From: a virus
Lineage: Duplodnaviria; Caudoviricetes
Virus record (IMG/VR): IMGVR_UViG_2595698914_000001
Span: 64,001-128,000 of that record
Length of the DNA: 64,000 bases
Direction: 5' to 3' (one strand)
The position numbers were made by a program, and so were the translations under genes. The notes below the pieces were generated by a model. That model ran no database searches and was not told the DNA's origin. It saw only the letters and a list, made by a program, of their open reading frames with translations. How positions within the stretch are numbered: the stretch's first letter is position 1; each line of letters starts with the position of its first letter. Of the stretch, positions 39,435 through 50,119 are shown in pieces.

Positions 39435-39706
39435 TCAAACCGGTTCTGGTATTTGATATACCTGTTACCAATGCGGAGATAGAAGTTTTATACGAACGTA
39501 ATGATGAAATGATACTAGTAGATGTTCACGATATGTTATGTGGTAATTTAAGAGAAGACAATTCCTACTTTAATGGTAACGTAACATACGATGATGTTTA
39601 TCGTCTCACATTATCTAAAATACGTTCGCTAATGGAAAACGTTAATTTTACTACATTATCAGGTATCAATCTAAAATCAGACAAGTTCATCTTATACGCA
39701 CAATAG
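39410..39706 (+). CDS. Small acidic protein (array; probable start ATG 39425)
   Basis: About 93-98 aa. Confidence 0.7.
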   Translation: MEKRNMQLVKPVLVFDIPVTNAEIEVLYERNDEMILVDVHDMLCGNLREDNSYFNGNVTYDDVYRLTLSKIRSLMENVNFTTLSGINLKSDKFILYAQ

Positions 39707-39718
39707 GAGAATGAAGTA

Positions 39719-39964
39719 ATGGCATTAAGAGCAATCGTTAGAATATCTGTAAGGTCAAATACATTACCTTCTGATTTTTACGATATTAACATTCACGTAA
39801 AGAACATAAACGAGGGTTTACGACCAAACAATACAGAACTCTTTCTAATGTCACTTTTACGTGATGTTGAAAGTGCTATGTCTGTTTACGGTCAGGTCTC
39901 TAGGGTAGAGTGGTTAGGTACTAGTGATGGTGGTTTTATTGAGTTAGGTTTATACTGGGAGTGA
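39719..39964 (+). CDS. Small protein (array)
   Basis: 81 aa, AGGAG RBS. Confidence 0.7.
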   Translation: MALRAIVRISVRSNTLPSDFYDINIHVKNINEGLRPNNTELFLMSLLRDVESAMSVYGQVSRVEWLGTSDGGFIELGLYWE

Positions 39965-39967
39965 ACA

Positions 39968-40318
39968 ATGGATAAGGCTTTTTATATTGTAGCTCTAGAT
40001 AAAGAAGACTTAAGTGAGACTGAAAAATATTTCGCTATTATGGTAGCCGCTCACGTATTATACGCATTAGAACACTATGGATATGAATACGGTGACATTG
40101 AATTTCACAACAACGCTATAAATTTCTATGTCGATAATGAGTTATACTTTAATCGTGCAGATGACGAGATATTAGATGAACTGTCTCATCAAGACCTACA
40201 GAGAATAAAAACTGTTGTCGGTGAGGTCTTATGTAGGATACGCAAACAGTTTGGTGATAACGAGTTAAAGCAGGAGTTCTTTGTAAATGAGTCTAGAGTA
40301 GGAGTACGTTATGTCTGA
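39968..40318 (+). CDS. Small acidic protein (array)
   Basis: 116 aa, GGAG RBS. Confidence 0.7.
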   Translation: MDKAFYIVALDKEDLSETEKYFAIMVAAHVLYALEHYGYEYGDIEFHNNAINFYVDNELYFNRADDEILDELSHQDLQRIKTVVGEVLCRIRKQFGDNELKQEFFVNESRVGVRYV

Positions 40319-40595
40319 TACACAGCGAGTCGTAGTTTGCTTTGAAGAAGATATAGATGCTGAACTATTCATAGATAACATCACTACGGTTATGTCTCAG
40401 TTTCATTATGCTGAAGATATACTAGCTGATGTTAGATATCAAGACTGTTCGGTGGAAGTAACTGACACAGCTATATCTCATATAGAAAGAGCTTGTATGT
40501 TGGCCATGGAATATTACCCTGGACGTAAAGCGTTCTTTGAATCTGTGGATATAATTGATAATAAAATGGTAGCCTTTACCATAGGGGCCGATTGA
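40311..40595 (+). CDS. Small acidic protein (array)
   Basis: 94 aa, AGGAG RBS. Confidence 0.7.
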   Translation: MSDTQRVVVCFEEDIDAELFIDNITTVMSQFHYAEDILADVRYQDCSVEVTDTAISHIERACMLAMEYYPGRKAFFESVDIIDNKMVAFTIGAD

Positions 40596-40999
40596 GGAGT
40601 AAGAAGATGCGAGTAGGTATAAGCATTGACGATGGTGAGTACGATATAGGTATAGGCGCTCTATTAGAACAATTAGCATCTACAAATGGATTCAATCCGA
40701 CGTTAGATGTACCTTATTGTCTTGAGTACTTTGACTTCTATCAAATAGAAAACGCAAAGCAGGATTTAGTTACCGATGTATTCTATCAAGTAGTTCATGG
40801 TAGTATTCCTAATCATACTAATGAACCTGTTTTAGAATCAGCAATCGTAGCAGTAGCAGACGTAATTATTATGTCTTGTGAGAACATGAAGTTAGATAAG
40901 TCTAAGCTCCAAGGTATCGATATTATTGTGTCTGAGATATGTTCTCGGATTGTTATATGGTTCAATAAAGAGGATGTAGAATGGATACAGGTCAATTAG
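40592..40999 (+). CDS. Small acidic protein (array; probable start ATG 40607)
   Basis: GAGGAG RBS precedes MRVGISID. Confidence 0.7.
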   Translation: MRSKKMRVGISIDDGEYDIGIGALLEQLASTNGFNPTLDVPYCLEYFDFYQIENAKQDLVTDVFYQVVHGSIPNHTNEPVLESAIVAVADVIIMSCENMKLDKSKLQGIDIIVSEICSRIVIWFNKEDVEWIQVN

Positions 41000-41388
41000 T
41001 AGTAAACAAAGTATACAGTATGTCTATACACCCAGAACGTTTATACGGTACTGAGTTAACAGACGTAACCTTTAAGGGGCGCGTTGATGCGTCTCTAGTA
41101 TCTGTGTACGGTATAATCCCTAGCGAAGAACATCGTAAGGTTTACAGTACGTTACCAGACGGTACACCAAACAACGCTAATCAGTATTCGTGGTTAGTAT
41201 TTGAAGACCTATCAGGTAATCGAATTGTTATTGGTGAACCTTGGGTCGTAGATGGTAGTGTGGTTGGTGGTGACGATATTGATGTATGGGATATTACCGA
41301 CATCAAGGGCGATTCAGAAACACCTCTACGTATCCAACGTGCCTTATCTAGTTTAGGTATATATGAGTACACCTTAAAGAAACGTTAA
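40981..41388 (+). CDS. Conserved phiKZ-like hypothetical protein
   Basis: 135 aa; H.KVY..LP.GTP, YSWL, IGEPWV motifs; GAGG RBS. Confidence 0.7.
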   Translation: MDTGQLVVNKVYSMSIHPERLYGTELTDVTFKGRVDASLVSVYGIIPSEEHRKVYSTLPDGTPNNANQYSWLVFEDLSGNRIVIGEPWVVDGSVVGGDDIDVWDITDIKGDSETPLRIQRALSSLGIYEYTLKKR

Positions 41389-41455
41389 ACTTAATTTACT
41401 TATAGTCCTTTAATATGGGCTATAAGTTTAAACCGTAATAAAGAAGGATTTAATA

Positions 41456-41947
41456 ATGAGTGTTATTAGTATAAAGAATAATCAAATAGAATACGACAGC
41501 TCTAGTATGTCACTAATACATCTAGGTTACACATCTAATCTACGTTTCTTTAAGCGTAAGTTAGTTACACCACACACTGTAGTACTAGCAAATAATATTT
41601 CTCTAGGTGGGATATTCTTAGATGGTATTATATCTCAAAGTTCACCATCTAAAAACTTCCTGCGTGGATTTAAGACAGTAGAAAAGATACTCAATGGTCT
41701 GATGTTATCAAATGCAGCTATGGATAGCGTTACTATGGTATTTGTAAGTGATGAAGACTGTATGGTTGTACATCGTGGCTTAACTTGGTTTGTATCTAGT
41801 GATGATTTAAAGAGTGGGTTTGAGTTTGATGTCTCTACATCGGATATAATTAATACACTACTAAATAGAGAACAACAGATGTTACGTAACATCCTAAAAG
41901 AAGCATCTAGTAATGGTATCTGTCAGAGTAATAGAAATTCATATTAA
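41456..41947 (+). CDS. Hypothetical protein
   Basis: 163 aa, AAGGA RBS. Confidence 0.7.
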   Translation: MSVISIKNNQIEYDSSSMSLIHLGYTSNLRFFKRKLVTPHTVVLANNISLGGIFLDGIISQSSPSKNFLRGFKTVEKILNGLMLSNAAMDSVTMVFVSDEDCMVVHRGLTWFVSSDDLKSGFEFDVSTSDIINTLLNREQQMLRNILKEASSNGICQSNRNSY

Positions 41948-41952
41948 AGATA

Positions 41953-41984
41953 AGTAGACCACAGCCATTTGGCTGTGGTCTACT
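41953..41984. terminator. Bidirectional terminator
   Basis: 14-bp stem AGTAGACCACAGCC-attt-GGCTGTGGTCTACT. Confidence 0.85.
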
Positions 41985-42002
41985 ATTAGATTACTTTTTT
42001 TC

Positions 42003-42854
42003 TTAACCGTTACCGTTCCAAGTAGAACTAGCCGCTAAGTGTTCATCTAAGATACCCACTTGTGCTGCTTCAACGTCTGCTGAAATAGTATCGAAGTACG
42101 CAGGTTTATGAATCGGATTGATTGCATTAATGTTCTGCGCTTGAAGTAATTGTGTTGCTAAGTCAACAATGTTCTGTTCACCATCGTAGATAGTATTGAA
42201 CGCGATATTGTATTCTTCATTAACACGAGCATTTTGCGTATCACGAATACCTGTAACTTCAACACTATTACTAGGTAACATACAAGCACATGCCCAAGCT
42301 TTAATAGCCTTAGTATATGTTGCATTTGGTTCATAGGCAATAATGTCAAAGGTGTACTGGTCAACTAACCAATCTTCTGGAGTTTCATTAAGCTCCGCAA
42401 AGTTAGGACGTTGAGTAGTAGTATTACCAATGAACGTTTCAATGAAGTAGTTCCAGAACTTAGCATCAACTTCGTCGTAAAGTTTATCTGCTGTAAGAGC
42501 TGGAGTAATTGGACCACGAGTTACATTCGTTGGAATAGTAAGCATCTGACGGTCCCAACCTTGTGGAATCTGAGCAGTTTCAATCTCAAGTACCTGATTA
42601 AAACCATCCCATACACGAGGATGTACTTCAATTAAACGTTTTAACGCAGCAGTTAACTTATCACCCTGCGGGTGTAATTTAAAAGCTTTAGGTGGACGAG
42701 TTAAGTGGATGAATAACGGATTTTTAACATACGGAGTATTGTTAGCAAGCGCTTGTAAATTAAACGCTAATCCATTACCACCTACTTTACTTAAATCAAG
42801 TTCGCCTGTGTCCGGACGGATAGCGTCTTGAGTTCTTAATGTTGGAGTTGCCAT
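42003..42854 (-). CDS. Tail tube protein (phiKZ gp30-like)
   Basis: 283 aa directly downstream of sheath; PYVKNP, LIEVHP..WDGFN, TNVTR, YTFDIIAYEP. Confidence 0.8.
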   Translation of the reverse strand: MATPTLRTQDAIRPDTGELDLSKVGGNGLAFNLQALANNTPYVKNPLFIHLTRPPKAFKLHPQGDKLTAALKRLIEVHPRVWDGFNQVLEIETAQIPQGWDRQMLTIPTNVTRGPITPALTADKLYDEVDAKFWNYFIETFIGNTTTQRPNFAELNETPEDWLVDQYTFDIIAYEPNATYTKAIKAWACACMLPSNSVEVTGIRDTQNARVNEEYNIAFNTIYDGEQNIVDLATQLLQAQNINAINPIHKPAYFDTISADVEAAQVGILDEHLAASSTWNGNG

Positions 42855-42861
42855 AGTTTAA

Positions 42862-44940
42862 TTACTCCTCGCTATAGGCGCTGTTGATTTGAATGGTATT
42901 AACTGTACGCATACCTTCACCGGTTGTATGAGCAACCGTAGTCCATGCGTAACCAGCGTCGTTATCTTCAGGTGTAATCTGAGTTTCAGGTACAACTTGT
43001 ACTTTAGACTTATCAATACCTTTGGTGTAAGTACGGATTAAATCATCTGAATCTTGGATAAGAACGCCCGGCGACATACTACGACCAACAAAGTGAGTGT
43101 TTGTACGAATACAAGCCCAAGTTGCATGGATAGTACCACCAACAGTAACAACACTATTAAGTACAGAACTTTCGTTACGGTGTACAGTTTGTAGACCAGA
43201 GTAGATGATTTCATTTACGTCTGAGTATTCTACTGCAATCGCTTGATTACCCCACATTTCTTCACGTACTGGTAACGCAGCATACTGATAGTTAAGTAAC
43301 GTATGTTTAATAACGTTATTTGGATAAGTATCAATTGCTTTGTTAGTAACCCATACCTGATCGCTAGAACCCCAATACTCAGCCATCTTACTAGCTAAGT
43401 CGTAATTAAGAGTAGTAGCATGAGTCCATGCACTATTAGGGTCAGTAGCTGCTAGTTGAATTGCCCAAGGACAAATACTACCACGAGTCGATTCTGTCTT
43501 ATAGATAGTTGACTCAGGGTAAAGACCAGCGTTAGCTGCTAAGGTAGAGATAGTCGCAAGTTCATCAAGTAGTGACATTGGGGTATCACCGTGTACGTGT
43601 GTACCAATACCAACGAATACTTCAGGACGCTTAGCCATCAACGATTGTAACTTCTTCTTAACATCAACAGAGAAACCACTATCCATAATGTAATGGAAAG
43701 GGTAACGTTTCATATCGTTAAGAGTAATACCATTACCAAACGTGTCGCACATAACACCAACAGCTTCTTCGAATGGAGTAATAGATGTCATGTCACCATC
43801 ATTACCATTACCCATTTTGAATGAAGAAGAAGAACCTGGAACGTAAGTTTCATTTTCCATTTCTGATGTAGCAGCCATTACGATAGTACTGTAAGGGATG
43901 TTGTTATGGTCAGTATCACCGAACAAGTTAATGCTGTGGATATTTGACTCATCAAAGAACGCTGGACTACCTACAGTTTCATCGCTTTCAGAAGCATGTA
44001 GTAAACCAAGAACTAATTCGATGTTAGCTTGATAAATATAGAAACCATCAACAGGACCTGTAACGTTCGCACCGTTGTACGGTTGTCCATCAAGAATGTA
44101 CTGCTTCTTGTAGTTATCCGTTAATGAAATACGAGCATCTTTAGAACTCTTAGCACCTACTGCTAAAGCAAAGTCCATTGTTTCACTTGATAACTGAGTG
44201 TACCAAGGAGTAGATGTACCACCACCTAATGGTGTTTCAGTTACACTGAAACGATAAATCATGTTACCGAGGCTTTCAATAGATGTTGAATCTACTGGAA
44301 CTGCATCGAATGATTTAGGTTGATGAATGTTAAGGTTGAAGCGATCGCCGCGTGTACCAAAGTGAGTTGCTTCAAAATCGATAAGTGGAAGTACTCTAGA
44401 AGTCTCACCATCTTTACCAGTTAATGTACCAACTGATTCAGAACCGTCACCTTTAACAAAAGTCTCATCTGCACGGTCAAAACGCAAACGTACTTTATAA
44501 CCATCAATTGTTGCAGGTACTGCTGGTACTAAATCACCTTGAGCATCAGTAAGGAACTTACCGTCTGAACCACGTTCATATTGTGGTACATCATGTGCTA
44601 CGAATTCAATACTAAGACGACCCGCAGAGCGAGCCATGTTCGGTAATTCCATACGCATCAAGAAATGACGAATCGCTTTTTGTTGATACATTTTGGCGAA
44701 AAGATTTGCATGGTTGAAGTAAGGACCGTTAACATCCCATGTATCGCTACCGAAAATACTTTCAAACTCATCACCTGCAATTAGGAATGCGTCGTCAACA
44801 CTACCCCATGCTGCACGGATTGGTGTGAGTGGACAGAATAGTGGAGTTACCACCCCACCGCCTTGAATACCAGCTTTAGGAGTATCTTTATACCCCGTAA
44901 ACTTCATATCAGGGGTGGAATTTTGATATAGTTGTACCAT
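42862..44940 (-). CDS. Contractile tail sheath protein (phiKZ gp29-like)
   Basis: 692 aa; IFGSDTWD...PYFNH, YPFHYIMDSGF...KK, YPES..Y.T...RG. Confidence 0.88.
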   Translation of the reverse strand: MVQLYQNSTPDMKFTGYKDTPKAGIQGGGVVTPLFCPLTPIRAAWGSVDDAFLIAGDEFESIFGSDTWDVNGPYFNHANLFAKMYQQKAIRHFLMRMELPNMARSAGRLSIEFVAHDVPQYERGSDGKFLTDAQGDLVPAVPATIDGYKVRLRFDRADETFVKGDGSESVGTLTGKDGETSRVLPLIDFEATHFGTRGDRFNLNIHQPKSFDAVPVDSTSIESLGNMIYRFSVTETPLGGGTSTPWYTQLSSETMDFALAVGAKSSKDARISLTDNYKKQYILDGQPYNGANVTGPVDGFYIYQANIELVLGLLHASESDETVGSPAFFDESNIHSINLFGDTDHNNIPYSTIVMAATSEMENETYVPGSSSSFKMGNGNDGDMTSITPFEEAVGVMCDTFGNGITLNDMKRYPFHYIMDSGFSVDVKKKLQSLMAKRPEVFVGIGTHVHGDTPMSLLDELATISTLAANAGLYPESTIYKTESTRGSICPWAIQLAATDPNSAWTHATTLNYDLASKMAEYWGSSDQVWVTNKAIDTYPNNVIKHTLLNYQYAALPVREEMWGNQAIAVEYSDVNEIIYSGLQTVHRNESSVLNSVVTVGGTIHATWACIRTNTHFVGRSMSPGVLIQDSDDLIRTYTKGIDKSKVQVVPETQITPEDNDAGYAWTTVAHTTGEGMRTVNTIQINSAYSEE

Positions 44941-45068
44941 AATTTAACACCTTAAGGTTATTAATGAAATAGCTTGTTTATACCATTAAACAAGGCTACA
45001 GTTGCAATTGCAAGTCGTATGTAGTCATACAATTTACAGTTTAAGCTAATTATAAGGGCAAGACCAAA

Positions 45069-45974
45069 ATGATTAAATATAACCAGACCCGAATGGGACA
45101 GAGCTACAATCAGTACATAAGTCAGTATCTTGAAGGCTTAGCCCGTGGAGTTTTTGACACACACGTTTTAAATGAGACCACGTTATTAGGTTTAAACCAA
45201 AGAAAAGGTGAATTACCTAAAACTAATCTACCATATGTTGTGTCACACGATGCTGAATTTAACACACATAACAAAACAATAGTCTTAGCGGACTCATCAG
45301 GACTTCGTGGTGGCGAAGCAGACTTACGTTACACCAACATGATTTTAACTGGTTTGTGGGAAGACCCACACATCAATGAAACATTTACTATCACTCGTAA
45401 GTTTGCAGCTAAAGCATACATGCAGTGGATTAGCCGTAATCTATTAACACGTTTTAATTTAAACTATGAAGATAGTAGCGAGTTAAATGTTTTAAGTGCA
45501 ATTTACTATTACTGTTCTACAGGTACACCAGCAGACATACTTAACAAGCGTAATTATAAAGCCTACGCAGACTTAGGTGAAATTACTAACATTGGTGTAG
45601 TTCGCGTAACAGAAGTTATTAGTAAGTTTGAAATTACAGATATAGATGAAACGTTTACATTTAACCATATGGTTAATTTAATGCGCAACATCAGTGATGA
45701 TACTAAAGGTAAGATTACGCCTGAAGTTATCATGAGTACATTAGCCCATTCGTGGTACGGTGAAGGTGGTGTATTCTACTGTAACCTTGCAATTGAGTAT
45801 CCACCTATGTTCCTAAGTATGCTTTACTATGCTTTAGTTGAAAAGTCTTACATTAGTACACGCTTCGGTAAAATTGTTTCTGAATTTGCTGTGGGTCGTA
45901 AGAGTAATATCGGTGAATTATTCACTAGACAACTTCACGGTATTATTAAAGATTCAAAAATCAAACCCGCATAA
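45069..45974 (+). CDS. Virion structural protein (phiKZ gp28-like)
   Basis: 301 aa, divergent from sheath; SWYG...AIEYPP.F motif. Confidence 0.7.
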   Translation: MIKYNQTRMGQSYNQYISQYLEGLARGVFDTHVLNETTLLGLNQRKGELPKTNLPYVVSHDAEFNTHNKTIVLADSSGLRGGEADLRYTNMILTGLWEDPHINETFTITRKFAAKAYMQWISRNLLTRFNLNYEDSSELNVLSAIYYYCSTGTPADILNKRNYKAYADLGEITNIGVVRVTEVISKFEITDIDETFTFNHMVNLMRNISDDTKGKITPEVIMSTLAHSWYGEGGVFYCNLAIEYPPMFLSMLYYALVEKSYISTRFGKIVSEFAVGRKSNIGELFTRQLHGIIKDSKIKPA

Positions 45975-48380
45975 GTGAGTAACATTATGATATTAGATGA
46001 ACATCTTAGTTTACTAAGAGATAAATTCGTTCGCTCTAGCTGGTCTAATCCAAGTCTAGAAACTAATATCAGTATCACTCCAACATTAATTAATGTTAAG
46101 TTCCCTACGTATGGATCGTTTAAGTTCATGCGTAGACACATTAATCTACCAACAGAAAATACAGCTTACGATATATACTCACTTAAAGAACTATCTGTGG
46201 AAGTATTTCGTAATCACGTTCAACATGTTGGTTCTTGGAGTAGTTTAGTAGACTTCTGTACTGCTAATAACGTACTGATATTTTTAAGTTACTTGGATGA
46301 AGTATATTCGGGTATTTATAGTCAATCACACATCATGTACTTACCAAATGGGACTGTTATCTTAGCCGTACCCTCGGCTAAGCGTAATTTACGTAATAGT
46401 CTTAGTTTGTATATACGTAGTAGTAATGACTCATTAGAAACCGATATAGACGTTGAAGAAGTTTACCTCAGTACGCCTATAAAAGTAACTACTTGGTTAA
46501 GTAATTACAATTCGGATTCAGGTAAAGACTTAAAGCAGTATTTAGTGGATGGTGTTTATCGAACAGATATCAACGCTAAAACTATTAAGTTAGGTTCTTA
46601 TGTAACAACAATAACTGATACTAGTACTAAGTTATGTACAGACAAACCGTTATCAGATATAGAAGCCTATACACATGACGGAACTAATTATTATTTAATC
46701 TCGCTAAGTGAAGACTTAACTAATATTATTTATTCCAGATATGACTCAGTTCTATACTTAGTTAAAGACGGTATTGGTAAACGTTTAGTTATGAAGGACG
46801 ATAGTGTAGTTCAAATAACTGATAATGAAATAGGGTTATCTGCTACTATAGTGGAATCTACATTATCTAATTTGGGTTGGACCGAAGGTCAGGTTACGTT
46901 GCGAGTCTATACTAAGGAAGGAATACCTAGTCAGAACTTTGTTAACAATGATAATTTCTGGTACAGTTTACAACAACTACCTTACTACTTAAGAAAACAG
47001 GCTTTATTAGGTGCTATAAACGCCCCCAATGTAATCTACGCCCATAACTATCATCTAAATGATTACAACGTAGGTTTAGACTTAGAGTACGAGGATATCA
47101 CTCCTGAGACTCTTAGTGATATATTGTCTGTTGCTACTTGGGACTTCAATGTTAACCGTACGATGGTAACTGGTCAAACTTACAATACCAATCTAACAGA
47201 TATACCATCGGCTCCAGTTGATAATAAAGTTATTTGTTGCTATAAAGATGGTTTGGTATGTGAGTTCTTCCCTATACTCAGAGAAGAGGATGTTAGTCAT
47301 CTCAAGATAGGTTACGATAAGGAAACAGTAGTTGTTAACTCTCATACAGTAGATGCTAGTTTATTTACATTACCTGCTGTTTATTCTAAAGTTAATGATG
47401 AATTTACCTTACTATTGCCTGGTGATGACTATTCCATTATAAGTGGTAATATTGAAACTAAAGTTAGTTATAAAGACGTTTACGTTATTGAACTAATGTC
47501 TACTACTGTTGTTGACTTAGACCCAACTTTATTGATTCAAGATAGTCCTATCTCAGATGCCATTTATGGTATGGGTTACACTGCTATAGTTATAAACTTA
47601 GGGACTGATGCTGAGGTTAGAACTTTAACACCTAATATAGATTATCATTTAATAGATGGTAAAGTAGTTATCCATTATGGGGAACCTATTGAAAGTGCTA
47701 AGTTAATTTTCCAACCAACATTAGATTCTAAGAATGTAATAGTTGAAACTGGATTTACTAGAAATGGTAGTTTAAGTATTAATGGTAGTTATTTAGAATT
47801 AGACCCTAACAATTACTACTTCATTGTAGATGGTAAAGTAATGTTACCAAATGAGGTTGATTGGGACGTCCCTTATATCAATAGTACCAATACCTTTGGT
47901 AATGCTAAACCATACGCAATTGTAAGAACATTACTTAGTAACTGTACGGGTGATTTAGAAACCGTAGTTAATAAGCGTAGTGAGTACGAGTCTAACTTAC
48001 AGGCGATGTCGGCCTTTAAGGATATTAACTTACCTATCCCTCAAGCAGATACATCACGTTACAGTGAAGGTTATAGGTTAGTTAGTGTGTTCTTTAATTC
48101 AGTCTACAACGCTGCGTTAAGAGGAGATATTGTATATGATAGAACCTCAATCAATGCCTTAGGGTTGGATGTTCTACTGGGTGAGTATTTATATCTTCTG
48201 AACGATGGTATAGATATCTATAAGTTTGACTTAGAATGGAACATAATTGAACTAGTAGCTCATAACGACGGTACTCCAGTTCAAGTCACTTCTGAGCTTT
48301 ATTACATGTTAGAGCGTATAAACGATTATTACTTTAATAGTAAAATCATCCTTAATAATAACTTTAGGATTACAGCATAA
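45975..48380 (+). CDS. Virion structural protein, baseplate region (phiKZ gp27-like)
   Basis: 801 aa; position between sheath and terminase. Confidence 0.7.
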   Translation: MSNIMILDEHLSLLRDKFVRSSWSNPSLETNISITPTLINVKFPTYGSFKFMRRHINLPTENTAYDIYSLKELSVEVFRNHVQHVGSWSSLVDFCTANNVLIFLSYLDEVYSGIYSQSHIMYLPNGTVILAVPSAKRNLRNSLSLYIRSSNDSLETDIDVEEVYLSTPIKVTTWLSNYNSDSGKDLKQYLVDGVYRTDINAKTIKLGSYVTTITDTSTKLCTDKPLSDIEAYTHDGTNYYLISLSEDLTNIIYSRYDSVLYLVKDGIGKRLVMKDDSVVQITDNEIGLSATIVESTLSNLGWTEGQVTLRVYTKEGIPSQNFVNNDNFWYSLQQLPYYLRKQALLGAINAPNVIYAHNYHLNDYNVGLDLEYEDITPETLSDILSVATWDFNVNRTMVTGQTYNTNLTDIPSAPVDNKVICCYKDGLVCEFFPILREEDVSHLKIGYDKETVVVNSHTVDASLFTLPAVYSKVNDEFTLLLPGDDYSIISGNIETKVSYKDVYVIELMSTTVVDLDPTLLIQDSPISDAIYGMGYTAIVINLGTDAEVRTLTPNIDYHLIDGKVVIHYGEPIESAKLIFQPTLDSKNVIVETGFTRNGSLSINGSYLELDPNNYYFIVDGKVMLPNEVDWDVPYINSTNTFGNAKPYAIVRTLLSNCTGDLETVVNKRSEYESNLQAMSAFKDINLPIPQADTSRYSEGYRLVSVFFNSVYNAALRGDIVYDRTSINALGLDVLLGEYLYLLNDGIDIYKFDLEWNIIELVAHNDGTPVQVTSELYYMLERINDYYFNSKIILNNNFRITA

Positions 48381-50026
48381 TGTCAGGACAATTATATAAT
48401 CCGCCAGAGTATAGTCATAATACATGGCGTAAAGAACAACTGTACACCGACCCTAATTCTGCAAATGGTATTGTTAGTGGTGGTGTAGTTCCTAATGTAA
48501 ACGATACAGTAATATCTTGGTCTGGTAATATTAAGATTGAAGAACGCGTTGTTTATGTTGACCCATTAACTTCACTTAGTACACTAGAGCCAGTTGAGTT
48601 ACCTAATAATGGTAACAGTGCTATGGTAGGTATTGAAGCAGGTATAGGTAATTTATCTAATGTAGCCAACTTGATTATGAATCCAATCGATTCTAAATTG
48701 AGTGCTGTAATCGATAGTCGTTTACCTATATATGGTTCAGACTTAAGTTACGTTCGTGTGTTTGAAGGTACAGACATAAGTGAGAACGGTAAAGTAATAT
48801 CAGTTCGTTACGATAGTAATGGTCAAATCATAGATGATAAAGCATTAATGGTTAAAGCTGACACAGTAGATAATACTCTATTGCGTTATGTAGCTAGACC
48901 ATTTAATCTGACGTATACCTTACCAGAGGATACTCTAGTGGTAGCTGTATTTTACAGTGATGCTGGTCGCGTACTCATGTGGCAAGAACTTGTAATTAAA
49001 CATAGTCATATTATCGCTAATGTTCATCGTGAAGCGTTATTCATTAATAACGTTGTTTTAGAATCAGCGTATCAAAGCCCTACTAATCCTAATGAACTTC
49101 TTATACCTAAGAACTTACTCAATGCAAGTTTTAGTCCTCGTATATTCAAAGAATATCAAAGTGGGCAACGTGAAGAAATGTTCATAGGTACATCTAATGT
49201 AACCTTAGCTGGATGGGGTGATTACGTAACAGGTGAAGTGGGTGAGAAGTTCCCATTGGTACTATCTTATATATTAGGTAGTGGTGAATTATCTCAGAAC
49301 GTCGATTCATACACTGGTGTTCATATAACTAATCATTACAGTGTATCTGTTATTGATGGTGATACTGAAACCGAAGTTAAGATATTCGTAGTTCCTACAT
49401 TCCGTAACAGTAGTTATGGTTATGAACTCAATTACTATTTGTATACTGGTGGTCGTAATTCAGCTATTGATGTAACTGATAGCGTTAATGCTAGTGAGTT
49501 CAATGGTTTATTCTACGGTGCTAAACAACAGATTGATTTCAGTCTAGACTTATCACAGTATGTAGGTTTACCTGATACAGTATTTGCAGATAGTATTGAT
49601 GTGCAGTTAATGGGTCAACCTTTAGCCAACGCTACAATGTATCGTCTGTGGTACTGGCGTGACGATGAACGTTTCTATGGGGAAAATCTAAGAGCGAAGA
49701 TAGTTACTAACTTTGGTACTAACACAATTAGTCTTAATAACTTCATAGGTCAGTTCTCTGAGTGGATTGATAAACTATACTATAGTTTAAGTCCGTTATA
49801 CGATGCTTCTATATCAACAGAAGCTCCTGTGCCGACTCATGTGGACATAACCGTAGGCGGAACTACTATTACTATGGATGTATCTACTTATTGGAACGGT
49901 GAGCTTAACTGGAACGGTACAGTTCCAGCATCAGGTTCAAACGTTCTACTAGAATGGTACATGTACGGTGAGAATAACAATCGATTAGACCTAGCTATTT
50001 CTAATATGCCATTGGAAGTTATCTAG
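48380..50026 (+). CDS. Virion structural protein, baseplate region (phiKZ gp26-like)
   Basis: 548 aa; VPNVNDTV, EAPVPTH motifs; precedes terminase. Confidence 0.7.
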   Translation: MSGQLYNPPEYSHNTWRKEQLYTDPNSANGIVSGGVVPNVNDTVISWSGNIKIEERVVYVDPLTSLSTLEPVELPNNGNSAMVGIEAGIGNLSNVANLIMNPIDSKLSAVIDSRLPIYGSDLSYVRVFEGTDISENGKVISVRYDSNGQIIDDKALMVKADTVDNTLLRYVARPFNLTYTLPEDTLVVAVFYSDAGRVLMWQELVIKHSHIIANVHREALFINNVVLESAYQSPTNPNELLIPKNLLNASFSPRIFKEYQSGQREEMFIGTSNVTLAGWGDYVTGEVGEKFPLVLSYILGSGELSQNVDSYTGVHITNHYSVSVIDGDTETEVKIFVVPTFRNSSYGYELNYYLYTGGRNSAIDVTDSVNASEFNGLFYGAKQQIDFSLDLSQYVGLPDTVFADSIDVQLMGQPLANATMYRLWYWRDDERFYGENLRAKIVTNFGTNTISLNNFIGQFSEWIDKLYYSLSPLYDASISTEAPVPTHVDITVGGTTITMDVSTYWNGELNWNGTVPASGSNVLLEWYMYGENNNRLDLAISNMPLEVI

Positions 50027-50041
50027 TCTTAACTTTAATGT

Positions 50042-50068
50042 AGGTGGGGCTTAGGCTCCACCTTATTT
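50042..50068 (+). terminator. Probable terminator
   Basis: AGGTGGGGC-ttag-GCTCCACCT then tattt. Confidence 0.7.
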
Positions 50069-50119
50069 ATGTCCCATTAAAATATTATGTTTTTATTGAC
50101 TTATTGAGAAGGAAAAGTC

